Positions 42,820 through 55,600 of a DNA stretch of 64,000 nucleotides are shown piece by piece (position 1 is the first letter of the stretch; each line of letters opens with the position of its first letter). The notes beneath the pieces were generated by a model that worked only from the letters and a program-made list of their open reading frames with translations, had not been told where the DNA came from and did no database searches. A program made the translations under genes and the position numbers. Origin of the DNA: Tubiluchus corallicola. Its lineage: Eukaryota > Animalia > Priapulida. The stretch covers positions 62,001-126,000 of the forward strand of contig JAQGDQ010000083.1 of assembly GCA_030141605.1 (NCBI GenBank), read 5' to 3'.

Positions 42820-43831
42820 ATATATGAGTATAGCACTAACCCCATACTTTAAAATATTAGAACTCATTTCTCCTATTATGCAGGTAAATTTCGTCATCAC
42901 AGAATTTCTTATTTTCGAGCATCATCCAGTTACTATACTTAGTTACTATAGTATACATAGAACTGTACTTAGTTATAGGAATAAAATCTTTCATTAATGG
43001 TTAGCACGTGAACATAGTAGTGTATCTATTAGATTATTAAATTAGACTGTTAACTAGCTTAGTTTTCTAATTAATTCCCTTATTGTGGGATATCGAAACA
43101 TCCATAATTTAGTAAAAAAAACTCATATTTCTAAGTAGACTTACTTCTACTTTCGTGCGACAATGTTATCATTTTATAACTAATTTTAAAATCAGTTTTT
43201 TAAATTATCAGATATTTTCACAGGTTTTTGTGCTTTGTTGTAAACTTGTATCTGACATTCACCGCCTAAAAGAAAAACCTACCAGCAGTCAAACTAACAA
43301 CTTCTTATTTGGATTTAATAGCACTTTGTGTATTTAATGCAGATGGCATGTTGTGTGTATACCATTTAGCAAACAAGACTTGCATGGGCACACTTATATT
43401 TGTGATTGTTGATGTCCTTTTAGAGTTCAATAGCATTCAGTTAACATCTCAAGTCATATACAAATTACTCAAATAATTTTTTCGTTTTATGCGATTTTAG
43501 TGCAACAGACTTATCATTTTTGCATTATTGTCAGTCAAAAACATTCTACTAACTTTGCAAAAATTGGAAAATTAGCAACCGTAATTAGCTAAGTAAATAG
43601 CAATGACCAGCAACAACAGTCATTCAAGCAAAGTTGGGAAACTAGAATTGTCAGGTTATCAGACGAATAAAGAATCGTAGTATTTAACACCAGCTTGTTT
43701 TTTTTTCAGCTCGCCAGTGTTCAAAACGTGGCGGAGACTTGGCAATAGATGTGAAAGGAGATGGGAGGGTGGCTGTGTCAGGACAAGCAGTTATAGTCGT
43801 GGAAGGCAGGATGAATGTGCCTGGTATCTAG
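36072..43831 (+). CDS. PBLD: Phenazine biosynthesis-like domain protein (PhzF / DAP-epimerase-like family), complete, 296 aa
   Basis: Six exons: 36072-36158, 39070-39283, 39586-39728, 40724-40812, 42277-42512, 43710-43831 (891 nt, ends TAG). Family motifs VDAFT..PFSGNPAAV, EMNISETAF, LRWFTPTNEVPLCGHATLA, YDFFSRFF.PW.GIPEDPVTGSAH, ARQCSKRGG. Confidence 0.95.
36260..37040 (+). mobile_element. CR1-group LINE reverse-transcriptase relic in PBLD intron 1
   Basis: IDILYIDFRKAFDFVP.RRLVLK...GIRGKLLQWFQYFLT...NG......ITSGIPQGTLSGPNCFLIFVND, then RAHFFASRVVGPWNSL; contains frameshifts and stops. Confidence 0.88.
38390..38770 (-). mobile_element. CR1-group LINE fragment
   Basis: MLFNVDKREEMHWG..N....Y.MNG....IGAIIT.NLKFSQQC..AVKKANKNLG, the typical post-YADD region of CR1 RT. 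Confidence 0.8.
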
Positions 43832-43974
43832 ACTTGAGACGATTTACTTCTGTTCTTCAGAAAGAAAGTTGATGTATGGTACTCAAAGACAGACATGTGC
43901 AAGGTTCTGTTCACTATAAACAAACCGATTTACGTCTTTTGCTTTAAGAATGCTAGCTCGATAATTTACTATTT

Positions 43975-44485
43975 ACTGTGTTTGACACACCATTCCCTGT
44001 TTTTTAATGCTTTTTGTTTTGTTTGCTACTTTTTACTTGATTGTATTGAACTTCATTTTTGTTAAAAGGAATCGAGATTACCGTGTTCAGTTATTGTACA
44101 ACACATCTTGCATGCCAGTTGGAAACGAAAGCTTTGCTCATATCAACAATTAGCATTCATACTAATGTTTTAGTTAAATACCAAATGGTTTTAGATTTAG
44201 TGTTATAAGAAACTGATTACTAGACGTTTAACATATCATTGCCTGTTTTTTAAGCATCTTTTCTTTTATTGCTATTTTTTACTTGATTTTGTGTAGTAAC
44301 TTCACTATTAATAAGACAAATCGTTCTTAAATAAGCAGCAAAAGGGGGTTGGACATTACCGTATGTTCAATTATGGCACATTTTGCATTCCAGTTGGGAA
44401 CCAAAGGTTTGCTCATATCAACAATTAGATCAGTTTTCAAACTAATGGTGTTTTAGTCAAATACGAATTGGTTTTAGATTTGGAA
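43975..44485 (+). repeat. Degenerate tandem duplication (~250-280 bp unit) downstream of the PBLD stop
   Basis: TTTGCTCATATCAACAATTAG and ATTACCGT..GTTCA each occur twice, about 275 bp apart; CATT.CCTGTTTTTTAA...TTTTTACTTGATT is also duplicated. Confidence 0.8.
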
Positions 44486-46590
44486 TGGATACTTGAGTGG
44501 GGTGTGATGTTTTAAAGTGGGATGATGACCTATCATACATGCTGTAGATTCCTGAAATTTATTTTTATAGCAAATTTGATATTTAATTGTGATGTAGATA
44601 GATTAACACCTGTTGAAATTATGCAAAAATTTATTTTTACACGAGTATTGAATTTACTCATTTTATTAAATCGGTTACTGCAAATTTTTGCTTTGGATTG
44701 TGAAAAAATAAAATTCCAGTGAAAAAATTTGCTATGTACTGAGACTATCACACTTTATATTAATCGTTAAACTACTGATCTTAGTGTATATAGAGTTAAA
44801 GACCATTTAAATTTTAGTTTTATTTAATTGCATGGAGTAGAGCTACAGATTTTAAATTAATCACACATTAATACCTGACAGGGGTATTGTTTGTATTGGA
44901 GACTCGATAACAGAACCTAATATTTATAATCAAACACCAAACTTTAATTTGATGAAGTTAAAGGTTAGGGTTATCAAATAGAATAAGAAATAGGCCCGCT
45001 TTACCCAACAAAACTAGTGGTTTCTGAAACACTACGATTTGGAAAAAGTTACCTGGAATGAATTAAGTCAAATCAAAATCAAAATTTGTGCGCAAATTGC
45101 AAAAATTTATTCACACAAAAGTTAAATTGGTGAATGAACAAACCATTATCTAGCATAAAGTGGAATGATCCAAAAATAGGTAAGGCAGACTGTCTCACAA
45201 ATAGTGTTGGTCCCTCAATGCTCATTTGCTACACAGCTTCCCCGACAAATTCAAAAACAGTGTAAAAGTAACTATTTGAACAAATGCATGTAAAGAAAAT
45301 AATATTATGTAACAGCCACCTCATTGCACAAAAACAATAGACTATACCCAATAAAAGGTTGTAATTACTAGTGAGAATGACTGTGAAACATTTGGAAACT
45401 CACTCTTACAAGCACTGCATTTTCAACAATAATACAAACTATATGTCATGTAGGGCCTAACAGTAAGTTTGGAACATCTGATTTCACTTCAATTTTGGTA
45501 TTTTTATGTCTGCCCCATACTTCTATTGCATATAAAAGTTAATGTGTTACAATTATTGTCATAAACGTGCATTATTAAACTGATAATAAGGTAACGTGCA
45601 TTATTAAACTGCATATTATGATAACAACCTTAATACATAAAGTCGGGCTTTGTTGCAACTGCTCAATAAAGTGCAAAATATTAGTACAGAAATAGAAAAA
45701 AGTGTAACACCATGAGCAAACTATAGCAGAAAGTAAATCACAATATAAATAAGGCACAATGTATTCCACACAACCTGCATTAGGAATGCAATTTTATTTA
45801 TGTTAGTAATAATAATAATTTATAATGCACATAATTTATTCAAATGCACTTGGGACTTCATTTTATTTGAAGTGATTTTTTAGCTTTCCACAGTTTATGC
45901 AACTATCTAATAACAAGTAACATATTCAACTTACTGGATAATATCATCAGCATTGCTTCCTATTTAAAAATAGTGTGCTGAACAGGCATATTGCAATGGA
46001 CGGAATTGTAAATAATGTGAAGTGACACATACTTCTAAGCTACATACTACATTCAAGTTACAATACATACACTATTCTAAAACATAAATAAAAACGCATA
46101 GTTCATATAGGCATTATATACGTTTGAGATTCATTTAAATGAACTAGATTCATCACAGTCTTTTGCAGAATTTTATTTTCCTATCAAAACAGAATTAATG
46201 TTCTTACTGTAATAGCTTTCTAGATTATGAATGATTTAACAAACTACAGTATAGACACTATGAATGTCTCAGGGTACTGATAAGAGATAAGCATATTCCA
46301 ATGAATGCTAAGATTTAAATTTTTAGCTTTAAACTAGTTTTTGTCAGTAGTGCAAAGTTAGCATATTGACATATGGTAAAAAGTGCTAGTATAACCTGAA
46401 TTATGTAAGCTATAATTGAGTGCATGATATATAAATGATCAAGAGTCATTGAGACTGAATCAAGGCTTCGAACTGACTAGTATTAGCCTTATCACATGGA
46501 CAATTCCCACTGACAACGTACTTTCACAAAACGACATTGTTTAACTAAAGTACATCCCCATTTGATTTTGTTGGACTTCAGACATCAGTG

Positions 46591-46963
46591 CAGTGCTGGG
46601 TTAATGGAAATTAATCGGTAAATTTTTTTAACCGGTTGACCGATCTTTATATATAAATGATAAATAATTTGAACCTTAACCACATCCTTACTGTAGAGAC
46701 TTTTCATTTCTATGTAGGAAAGTGTTGCACTTAGTTAAACAATGCTTGGCATCCTTACAAACACACTTTTCACTTCCTATGTATAAAAGTTTCACTCTTA
46801 TTTGAACATATTCCTGATATATGTTTGCATTGTAAATTTCTTGTTTATTTGATTATCCACTGATCCAGTCAGCAAATTATAGAAGGTCTCCGATTTTGCC
46901 TAGATCCGATTAATCGGTTAACCGATAAAAAATTAACCGGTTAAGTGAATCATCCCAGTTCTG
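46591..46963. mobile_element. hAT-type MITE
   Basis: Ends CAGTGCTGGG ... CCCAGTTCTG, subterminal TTAACCGG/TTAATCGG repeats, perfect 8-bp TSD CATCAGTG (46583-46590 and 46964-46971). Confidence 0.85.
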
Positions 46964-47278
46964 CATCAGTGGAGATGTAATCTCAAAGAACTGCGTTATT
47001 TTGCAGTTGAGCGGTTATAAGCAGTTCATATTTTCGTGTTGTACTGCACTTTATCAGATTTCTTAAAGCTCTGCCCATTTAAGCTGCCTATATTTCCAAT
47101 CTGATAAAAATTTGGATAAAGCAAACAATTCTTGTTTTGAAATATTGTGAGAAGTCACTTGAAAACCATGATACTGGATTTTGTATTATAACAATGATTC
47201 AATGCAGCACGTCTATTGCTTTTGAGCAAGAAAGATGTCTTCTTGCACATAGTCTCCACCTTCCCCGTCCTCCAGTTG

Positions 47279-49221
47279 TCATTGAAATGTCCACAGTAAT
47301 CGGAATAATCCATTACGCACTGAATTACCAGCAACAAATGACAGGCAGGGATGAATAGTGTACTATAAAAAAAGTTGCAAAATTAATACAACGATTGCAA
47401 GGTAAGTACTGCTAGACCTGGTTAGCAAATGGCTGGGTGATCACTAGAATACAGCTTCTGGGAAGTTTAACTTGCCACATTGTCATCAGTCTTTAGAATG
47501 CTGGCAGTTTAAAGAAGATTGTAGGTGAATCTGAGAAAAGATACATTTGCCACTTTAGTGTCTCACATCAGAAGATTATCCTAGACAATGAGCTATGTTT
47601 CAGTCCAGCCACAACCATCAGCACAGCAGGTGAGTCCAGGATCTTGGCTTGTAGAGTGGCAACTGCATTAAAACATAAAAAAATATAATTCTAGGAGACG
47701 AAAGGAAAACTACTAACATGTACCATCAATGCGTACACTCACCCGATAAAGATAGCTCATCTTTCCGACATCCATCTTTACTGTTAATCGGGTCAGGTTT
47801 CTTTTAAGGGTTGAATCTTTTTCAGTGTTGAAATCAAAAGTGATTCGACGAGGAAAAATCAGTGACTCTATAACGTACTCGATATGCTCAAGTGCTTTAA
47901 ACTTTCTGATTTTTGCATAGGAACGAAAACCAGCTGCATTAAAAAAACATATAGTTAATAATTTCAGACTCAAGTTCTTGAAAATTCGATGGTTGTAATT
48001 TGGTTTTAACAAAGGAAAATCCTCAGTTTGAATAGCAAGTAATTCCCATTTCACACTACTTAGAAAAGAACTCGAGGCACAGCACATATTTACACTTACA
48101 AAGAAACATCTAGGGATTAAAATTATCATCTTAGGTTTTGATGTTCTAATAACAGAAATACTGTTTAAGCATGCGAACTGTTGGTTGCTGATTCACGCAA
48201 CACACTTGGCTGCCAGCTTTGTTACTTAGAGTGCCAAGATACTTTTGGCAAACTCAATCAGCTAAAATGCAAAATCATGCAGGGGAACACAGTTAAAATC
48301 TAGCTGCTTGCAGAGTGCACCTAATTTGGTTTTTCATGTGACTAGGAACTACAAATGTTCTGTACTTGGGAGTTCTCTTCTGGGAGGGCGGCGGATGCTT
48401 CCCCCCCCTCTTACAAATGATATGATGATGCATGATGAAACTGTCGCATAAAGAAGGCATTGCCTTTTAGGGTATATGTATAGGCTACAGTCATCTTGTT
48501 TGCATTTTAGGCTGAGGAAAAGATAAAACATCATAAGTGAACAGTGCACAACAAAGGAATCTACAACAGTAATACCTAAATTATAAACTATTCTTGAAAT
48601 TCAAGTCAATAATTTATTACACTGCGCTACAAGAAACTGCCACAAAATAACCCAAATTTTATTCAAATGGGGTAATCGCCAGTTACTGCAATTAGTATTC
48701 CAGAAATAGTCTGTGTAAATGTAAGTAATGAAGCTCACAAACTATCAAGACTTATACACATCCAATCTTCCATGTATTAATACTAATTCCCCTGACAGTA
48801 TGGCTTCACTTGACAACAATTTTGTTGATACTATATACTTTACTAAATCAATTCCTGATGTTAAGTGAGGACTTGCTATATTTCAATGAGAAAATGTCAT
48901 ACTAAATTTTAACACCTTGCTGAAAAGAGTTATGTAACTACTATTAGTGAATATATGAAAATAAACTAAAAAGTGGTCAAGTGACCCATGAAAATTTAAT
49001 GCAAACAATCACAACGTACGTCCGATTGGTGCCGAAGTAATGATACTATACGTTTTTTCTTTGCCTATGGGTAGGCTATCTTGCGCTATTACCATTCCAG
49101 CTTCAGGCATCCACTAAAATAGAAATATAGCACATTAAACTGTCAGTTTCTTGGAAAGTGGTTATATAAGTAATTCTACATCACATTAGTAGTAGTGGTA
49201 GTGGTAGTGGTAGTGGTAGTG

Positions 49222-49308
<87 letters not shown>

Positions 49309-51806
49309 ATAGTAGTAATAGTAGACAATTTATTTTTACAATATTCGATGTAAAATATTACGTATACAATGTAACGACATGTCAAGGAGACTGCCACAAA
49401 AAATCTGTAAGGTCGTAAATGTGGCAGCCACCGGAAGAATAAAATATTCAACATGACGCAGGTGTTATTGTAAATGTTACACTCAAATAATGCAAGAGTC
49501 TTGCGTGATACAAGCATTACAGTAGCTTTTAAACAAACAATCAGTGAGTCTATGATAATCCTTAAAGTCTATGATATTCCATTAGAACTATGCTACCAGT
49601 ATAAGTAGTTTCATAGAGCTTTTTATTATCAAGAGCATTAATGTAAACCTTAAACCTTTTATAAAAACTAGACCATGACATTAGAAAGAGAGTTCACAAA
49701 AACAAACAGCTTGGCATATACAAGATAAAGCAATGTAATGTTTGTAAATTGATTAACTCCTTTACGATTAATAAACGTTTATTTCAGATTGACAAAGTTA
49801 ACAGATTGATACAAACCTCAGGCAACTTTTCAAGATCGGAAACCATGTTAAATACCTCATCAATAGTTGCAGGTAGTGCTACTGTTTTTTCCAGCAGGAT
49901 TAGTTGTGTTGGAAACTCGATTTGTGCGAGGACGGCCATGACAGCAACAATAATACAGCTGGGAACAACAAACTTCCAACTTGGCATTTTTCTGAAAAGG
50001 TATCAGTTGTTTACTTGGTCGAAAGTTCTCGTCAAGTATACAAAAAGCTCTACATAGGAGTCTAGAGCTGCAGTTTATAAAATAGTCACAAATTTTTCAC
50101 ATAATGTAGTGAAACCAACCTTGATTAAATATGGCATTAGTAACTATGCAAAAATGTCCACTCTTTGACTGTACTTTTTTTGAAAATGCGCTAAACATAC
50201 AAACTTTATACCATTTTGTAGATCTTTTCAAGCCCTGCAAATTCCACTAAGTTTTGTTTTTAATGATAATTGACAGGCAAAAATTAAAATTTGCGAAAAC
50301 TGGTCCATGCTAAACAAAATACACAGCACTACGCTATGAAGTTTTAGCTAATTTCTCTGCTGCATTGAAACAATTAATATAATACCTATTATCAAAAAAT
50401 AAAGAAAAATGCAGTACACATTATGCAGAATTTGGCCACCAGCTATACTAATTAAAACTAAAAAATACCAAATTTTTCTTTCACAAAGTAGTTTAGAATG
50501 CCGCCACATCTGAGCAGCCTGTAATAACTTAAATAAGCTCATTTCACAATGAAAAGAACCCAAAAACTGTCTCATTTTATTGCAATCAGTGCCCAGTCAA
50601 TTTTTTTGAACAGGATATTATGATTCAAAAATTTTGGAATGGCCAAGTTATTATTGATCTTAAATATAATCTATGATGTGGTAGCTTCACTTTTTTAACA
50701 AGTGGATGTCAAAAAAATCTGGAGTACAAAGAGTCCGGGCTTTTTTAAGAAACATACAGGCTTTTTAACCCTTTGAGAAATATCCAGATTTGCTGCATCT
50801 TGAGGCTGACAGGTCCGTACAAACTGGACTGACTAGTTCAGAAGTTCTTGTAGTGTGTAAAAATAAACAAGTGCTGTTACTCGATACCACAATAAAAAAG
50901 TACTGGAGTGACTTCACTGATTTGTGGACGTTAATGAATATCACAGGCAACTCAAGTTAAGGTAAGACAGAGTTCTACGTAGACTTTAAAAAAAGTGCAG
51001 CCACATATGCATATTGATTAAAACCCTAATTTCTAAATGAAGAAAGTGAATGTTTATATAAAATATAAGGTGTATACAAATTTTCATTATCTGAAATTTA
51101 GCTGCAAATTACATACAAGTATCCCTCCTTCCATGATTTTTTCAAATGCACTTCGTTGTCATCAGCCGTTTCGTATAGTACTTCGTCATTCTCAGTGGCT
51201 TCTTTCAAGTTGTCTGATTTTGTATCCTCACAATCTTTTGGTTCCACTTTTGACTTCTTATGCTCTTCTTCATCATTCATATTCTCTGCTTTTGGTTGAC
51301 TTTTTATGTCACTGGTTTTCTTCTCTTCACTGTTCTTGCTTTCGAAATGCTTTCCGCAGTTATCATTTTTTTCCTCAACAGCAACCATGTTTTCAGTTTT
51401 GTGGATATTCTCTGCATCACCACATGCGCTTCCACGACAATTATTCTTTACAATTTTTAGCTGATCTCCTAACCCAGAGTCATCTACTGAACTACAATAA
51501 GTTGTGCAATTATTAAATAAAATACTTATTAGTGTCACACACAAGCTCAGGGCTTTACGCTTGCAGTATTACTGCTGCTACGATTGTACGGTACTACTCC
51601 AAGCCAAAGCAAAACCAGTATTGTAGGTCATAGTAAGTGTATTCGAATCAGTCTGTTTACTCTTAAAATGTTGCTCATAACAAACTGACGGTCATGCAAC
51701 AATAAAACGTGTAAAAAGTAACAAACTGTCATGCAATTTATTTGCTATAAAATAAAAATCTATAACAGGATAGATGAGATAAAAACATAGTAACCGCTTA
51801 CTCCAT
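47279..51806 (-). CDS. Uncharacterised ~307-aa protein: acidic low-complexity N-terminus, hydrophobic (TM/signal-like) segment, probable SRPBCC/START-like (polyketide-cyclase-like) domain
   Basis: Six exons in matching phase: 51802-51806 (ATG GA|gtaagc), 51117-51491, 49817-49991, 49020-49113, 47743-47933, 47279-47362 (924 nt, ends TGA). Hydrophobic FVVPSCIIVAVMAVLA is followed by LEKTVALPATIDEVFNMVSDLEKLPEWMP, which matches the SRPBCC opening motif (i.ap.e.vf..v.D...lp.W.P) from family knowledge. The last four exons are more secure than the link to the first two. Confidence 0.75.
49187..49323. repeat. (GTA)n microsatellite in intron 3 of the SRPBCC-like gene
   Basis: Seen directly; explains the poly-Thr ORF 49176-49517. 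Confidence 0.97.
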
Positions 51807-52596
51807 CTTGTAAACAAATTCCCACAATGCGCTTCGGCTTCAATAAGTGAACAGTTTTTTTGAATGTTCTCTTGTTTCTTAATATAGAATTTTCATAAAG
51901 AAATGTGTTAACAAAAAGTTTTTGTGAGACTGCGATTTTATTTGCATTTTCCTTATTTGTAAGAGGAAAAGCTACACTTAATTACACGCTGGTAACCATA
52001 TTGTTATGCATTTTAATTTCATTTAATTTGCGTCTATAATATTAATGTTCTCACTTGTAACTTTTCCACATCCGTAATTCATCGTTGGTTAAGCTACTCC
52101 TATTGTACAATTCAATTCAATTTTTTATTCGCACATTAAAATGAAATAATTTACATGAACATAAAAGCTGACTATGAACGGTGAGATTACTGGAGACGAG
52201 TCCTTCAGCATCGTTGGCTTTCATCGAACTTGCACCAATGATGGGTCGTGCTGGCCTGCTATATGTCACTTCACTGATCATTTTCTGTTTTAAGTTTGCT
52301 TCGTATCCGCTTTTCACTTCTGCATAAATCTTTCCTATGTATTACGTGCAGTTCAGCAATAGCTTATGATCTGTCATAATATAGGCAATACTTTAAAATA
52401 AAATTGAAAAAGAAAAATTTGAAAATTTTAGTTTTATAAATCAGTGCATTATAAGTGATTACTTTGCTGAGCTTTGTCTTCTTTCCCAAAATGAAATTCA
52501 ACTATAGGTTAAGCAAATCATTTCACTGGGTTTCTCGAACGACATATTAGGCTATTACTCAGGCTGCTACTACACCTATGTTGAATGTTATTGCAG
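51807..52596. promoter_or_regulatory. Putative bidirectional promoter / 5'UTR region between the SRPBCC-like gene and MTA
   Basis: Divergent ATGs about 810 bp apart. An acceptor (ttgcag, ending 52596) 19 nt before the MTA ATG suggests an upstream non-coding exon or trans-splicing. Confidence 0.5.
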
Positions 52597-52615
52597 CTCG
52601 TGAACAACAAGCAAC

Positions 52616-55600
52616 ATGGCAGCAAACATGTATCGAGTCGGCGATTACGTTTTCTTCGAGACGTCCTCAACATCGCCATTCCTCATTCGCAGAATAGAAG
52701 AACTTAATAAAACACAAACGGGCAAGTAGAACACTTTTTTAAAATATTTCCTGCATGTATCCTTGCACACTGATAAGCACGTAGAAAATATGCCCAAGTT
52801 ATTGTTGCTATACTGGCTACTCAACCTGTTTTTGCAGGAAATGTTGAAGCTAAAGTTATGTGCTTTTATCGACGTCGGGACATATCCGGAGGCCTGCTTA
52901 TGCTGGCAGATAAACATCAGAGTGCTCTTGAAGAAGAGCATGATGATAAACTGTCTGAAAAACAGAGCCATCAGTTGCGGCATCGCGAACTTTTTCTTTC
53001 CCGACAGGTAAGCAATTGTCAATTTTTTTATTATTTAGCTGTGTATTTATTATTTATGCAGTTAAGATGTGTTATAGTAGTAGATTAGCATTTTTATCAA
53101 AACAGTTTTATCTATTTTTAATGCTTTCACAGTTTTCATGTTTACAGGTTTGTTCCAACCACTTAGTTTTACTGAATCTGTTCATAATTTCTCAGGAATT
53201 AACTTTGTGTAAGGTCTTAGTATCAAAATGTAATATTAGGAAGTAGTGTTTACAAGTGCAGAAGAAATCTAACACCGATACCATTTTCCTTACACCTTAT
53301 AAAAAACATTTTTTATAAGGTGCAAACTCACTTTCTATGAGTTGCTTAGTAGTTTGCAAATTTGTCATGGTTTTTGGTTTTTGATTTTTTTTGCTGTTGT
53401 ATTTTTGTTTTTGTATTTCTGCACGTTTATGTATTTTTTAATATAGTTGTGTCTAGTGTCATTAGCATCCTTTTGTTTACTGTCCTTTGAGAAGGGTGGT
53501 TGACTCGATAACCTTTGGTTTTTCGCCACCCTTTTTCCTATGTTCGTTTGTATTTTTGTGTATTTTATTGTCAAATCATTGTATATTTATGGAGGAAGAT
53601 AAAATTACTATTATTATTATTATTATTATTATTATTGTCGGGTACCTGGGTGCACAATTGTTAAGATACAACAGCAGTGAAGAAATTAAAGTCATTTATA
53701 TTATTAAAATAAAAGCAACGTTGGTATATGTCAACTAACTGCACTGTTACATTAACAACAAGCATTCATTTATTGCATGCTGAGGGACAACTCGTGAGCT
53801 GAAACTCACGAAAGTTAATGTTTTGCTTCATGCCATATTTGGCTGTTTTATTCTGTCAGACTCCTGAACTACTTAATTACACGCTTTTATCAGTGAGTCA
53901 GATATGTCAGCCTAGGTACTGTGCTGAGGTCTATTAATACTTGTAGAGGCTAGGGGAATGAAATAATCAATATTATCCTTTTTGTGTGTTGTTAAACTAA
54001 AAAATCCGAGTATTCATATCATTGTTAGTGATGTGAAATAGGTTTTTAATTGTTAAAGGAAAACCGGACGATTGGGTAAACATTAGTTCAGAATAAAGTG
54101 TGCTCTAAAATATTGAAAACTATAATAGCTTTTCTTAAATCAAAGCTGAGATTAAATAATAATTGCCTTGGATACTCAAATTTTGTTAAACTTTCAAAGC
54201 TATGCACGGCTCAGTGAATCTACTAAGATTGGCAACAGCGCCTTTTTGTCACATGCATGTGACCGCCAAATAGAAGGCGTTACCGTGACAACCATGATCA
54301 TGAACTGCAGTGTTAGTTTCTGACGTCATATGACATAGAGCCCATTTTCGTGACATCGCAGTACTATAACACTGTAAATGTGCTTGACACGCAAGGGAAG
54401 ATACCTGCCATTGCCCAAACTGTGATTAGTTTCTGACGTAAGCAATAGTTGTGTTTGGTTGCCATTAATTAACTTTCTAAGCTTATTATTCAAATATAAG
54501 AGACAATTGCTAACTTTCATTGGCAAGAAAATTTATATTTTGGACAGTAAATTAAAATGAGATTGAGTCTAAACAATCATCAGCTTTTCCTTTAATAAAT
54601 AGTTTTATTTGGATAGTTAGCCTCATCGTAATGAATTGTTTTTTGTAAGTCACCTCTATGTCAAAAGTGGCGTCATCTGTCATCTGGCTGTTAGCCTTGG
54701 GCACTGCCAAGGCAGCAGTTAATTGTCTGTTACTGCAGAAGTGTGCAGCAGAAGGTGGCCTTTATATTTTAAATTCTTAAATGATCAATATCGTCTTAAC
54801 AATAACGTTTGCATTTTCATTGTGTGAATTGGGTAGAACTATCAGGCACTGGTAGTAAACAATGTGATGAATTACTTGGGTGCATTGTACCCATGGAAAC
54901 ACTATTAAGAAGCATTTTTTGATTGAACCCTAGTAATGATAAAATGCTTAACTTGATTAATTGCTTACTTTCAGAATTTGTTCAGAAATGAACTTCAATA
55001 TAACTTCGTTAACAAGCTCAAGTTACAACAATCTAAACTGTGCTTATCACAATTTATTTTGTATTTAGGTTGAAACACTCCCTGCCACACATATCAGAGG
55101 TAAATGCTCGGTTGCCTTACTAAATGAGACTGAATCGTTGAACAGCTACTTAGACAGAGATGATGCTTTCTTCTACTCATTAGTCTATGATCCGACGCAG
55201 AAAACTTTGCTAGCTGATAAAGGAGAAATACGTGTTGGGAGCAACTTCCAAGCTGAGATACAAAACCTTCTTGGAGAAGGTAATTTAATGTTACATAAAT
55301 TACTTTTTGTGAGAATAAGCTTTTCAGTTGTTACATTCAAGCAATGTGTGTTTTGCAATTGATGTAAATATTTCTTATAATTTACCAGCCTAAAAACAAG
55401 AATCGTAATATCGGTATTGAACACATTTCTGAGATGTTTTATTGCAATATGTTTTATGTTTGTTGCACCTCGCAACATTGTCTTCACTCTAAAATATTTT
55501 GACTCATCTGCTTTTGTGCGCTTATCAATTGCCAGATCTGTTTTTTACTAAAAAAGTTCAGAAAAAAAGTGCAAAAAAGCAGTCAGAAGGCTTTTTCTAC

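Noticed and set aside
49176-49517. Poly-Thr mucin-like ORF
   Set aside because: (GTA)n microsatellite inside an intron; the flanking exons join in phase without it.
50765-50980. Additional coding exon of the SRPBCC-like gene
   Set aside because: Splicing to the AG near 50975 gives a stop after about 11 codons, while direct splicing to 49991 is in frame; a poison exon cannot be excluded.
51037-51516. 159-aa plus-strand ORF
   Set aside because: Antisense shadow of the acidic exon on the minus strand; no independent splice or homology support.
36072-51806. Horizontally acquired phenazine/polyketide biosynthetic cluster
   Set aside because: Both genes are intron-rich with host-like composition, PBLD is a normal animal gene, and no other pathway genes are present.
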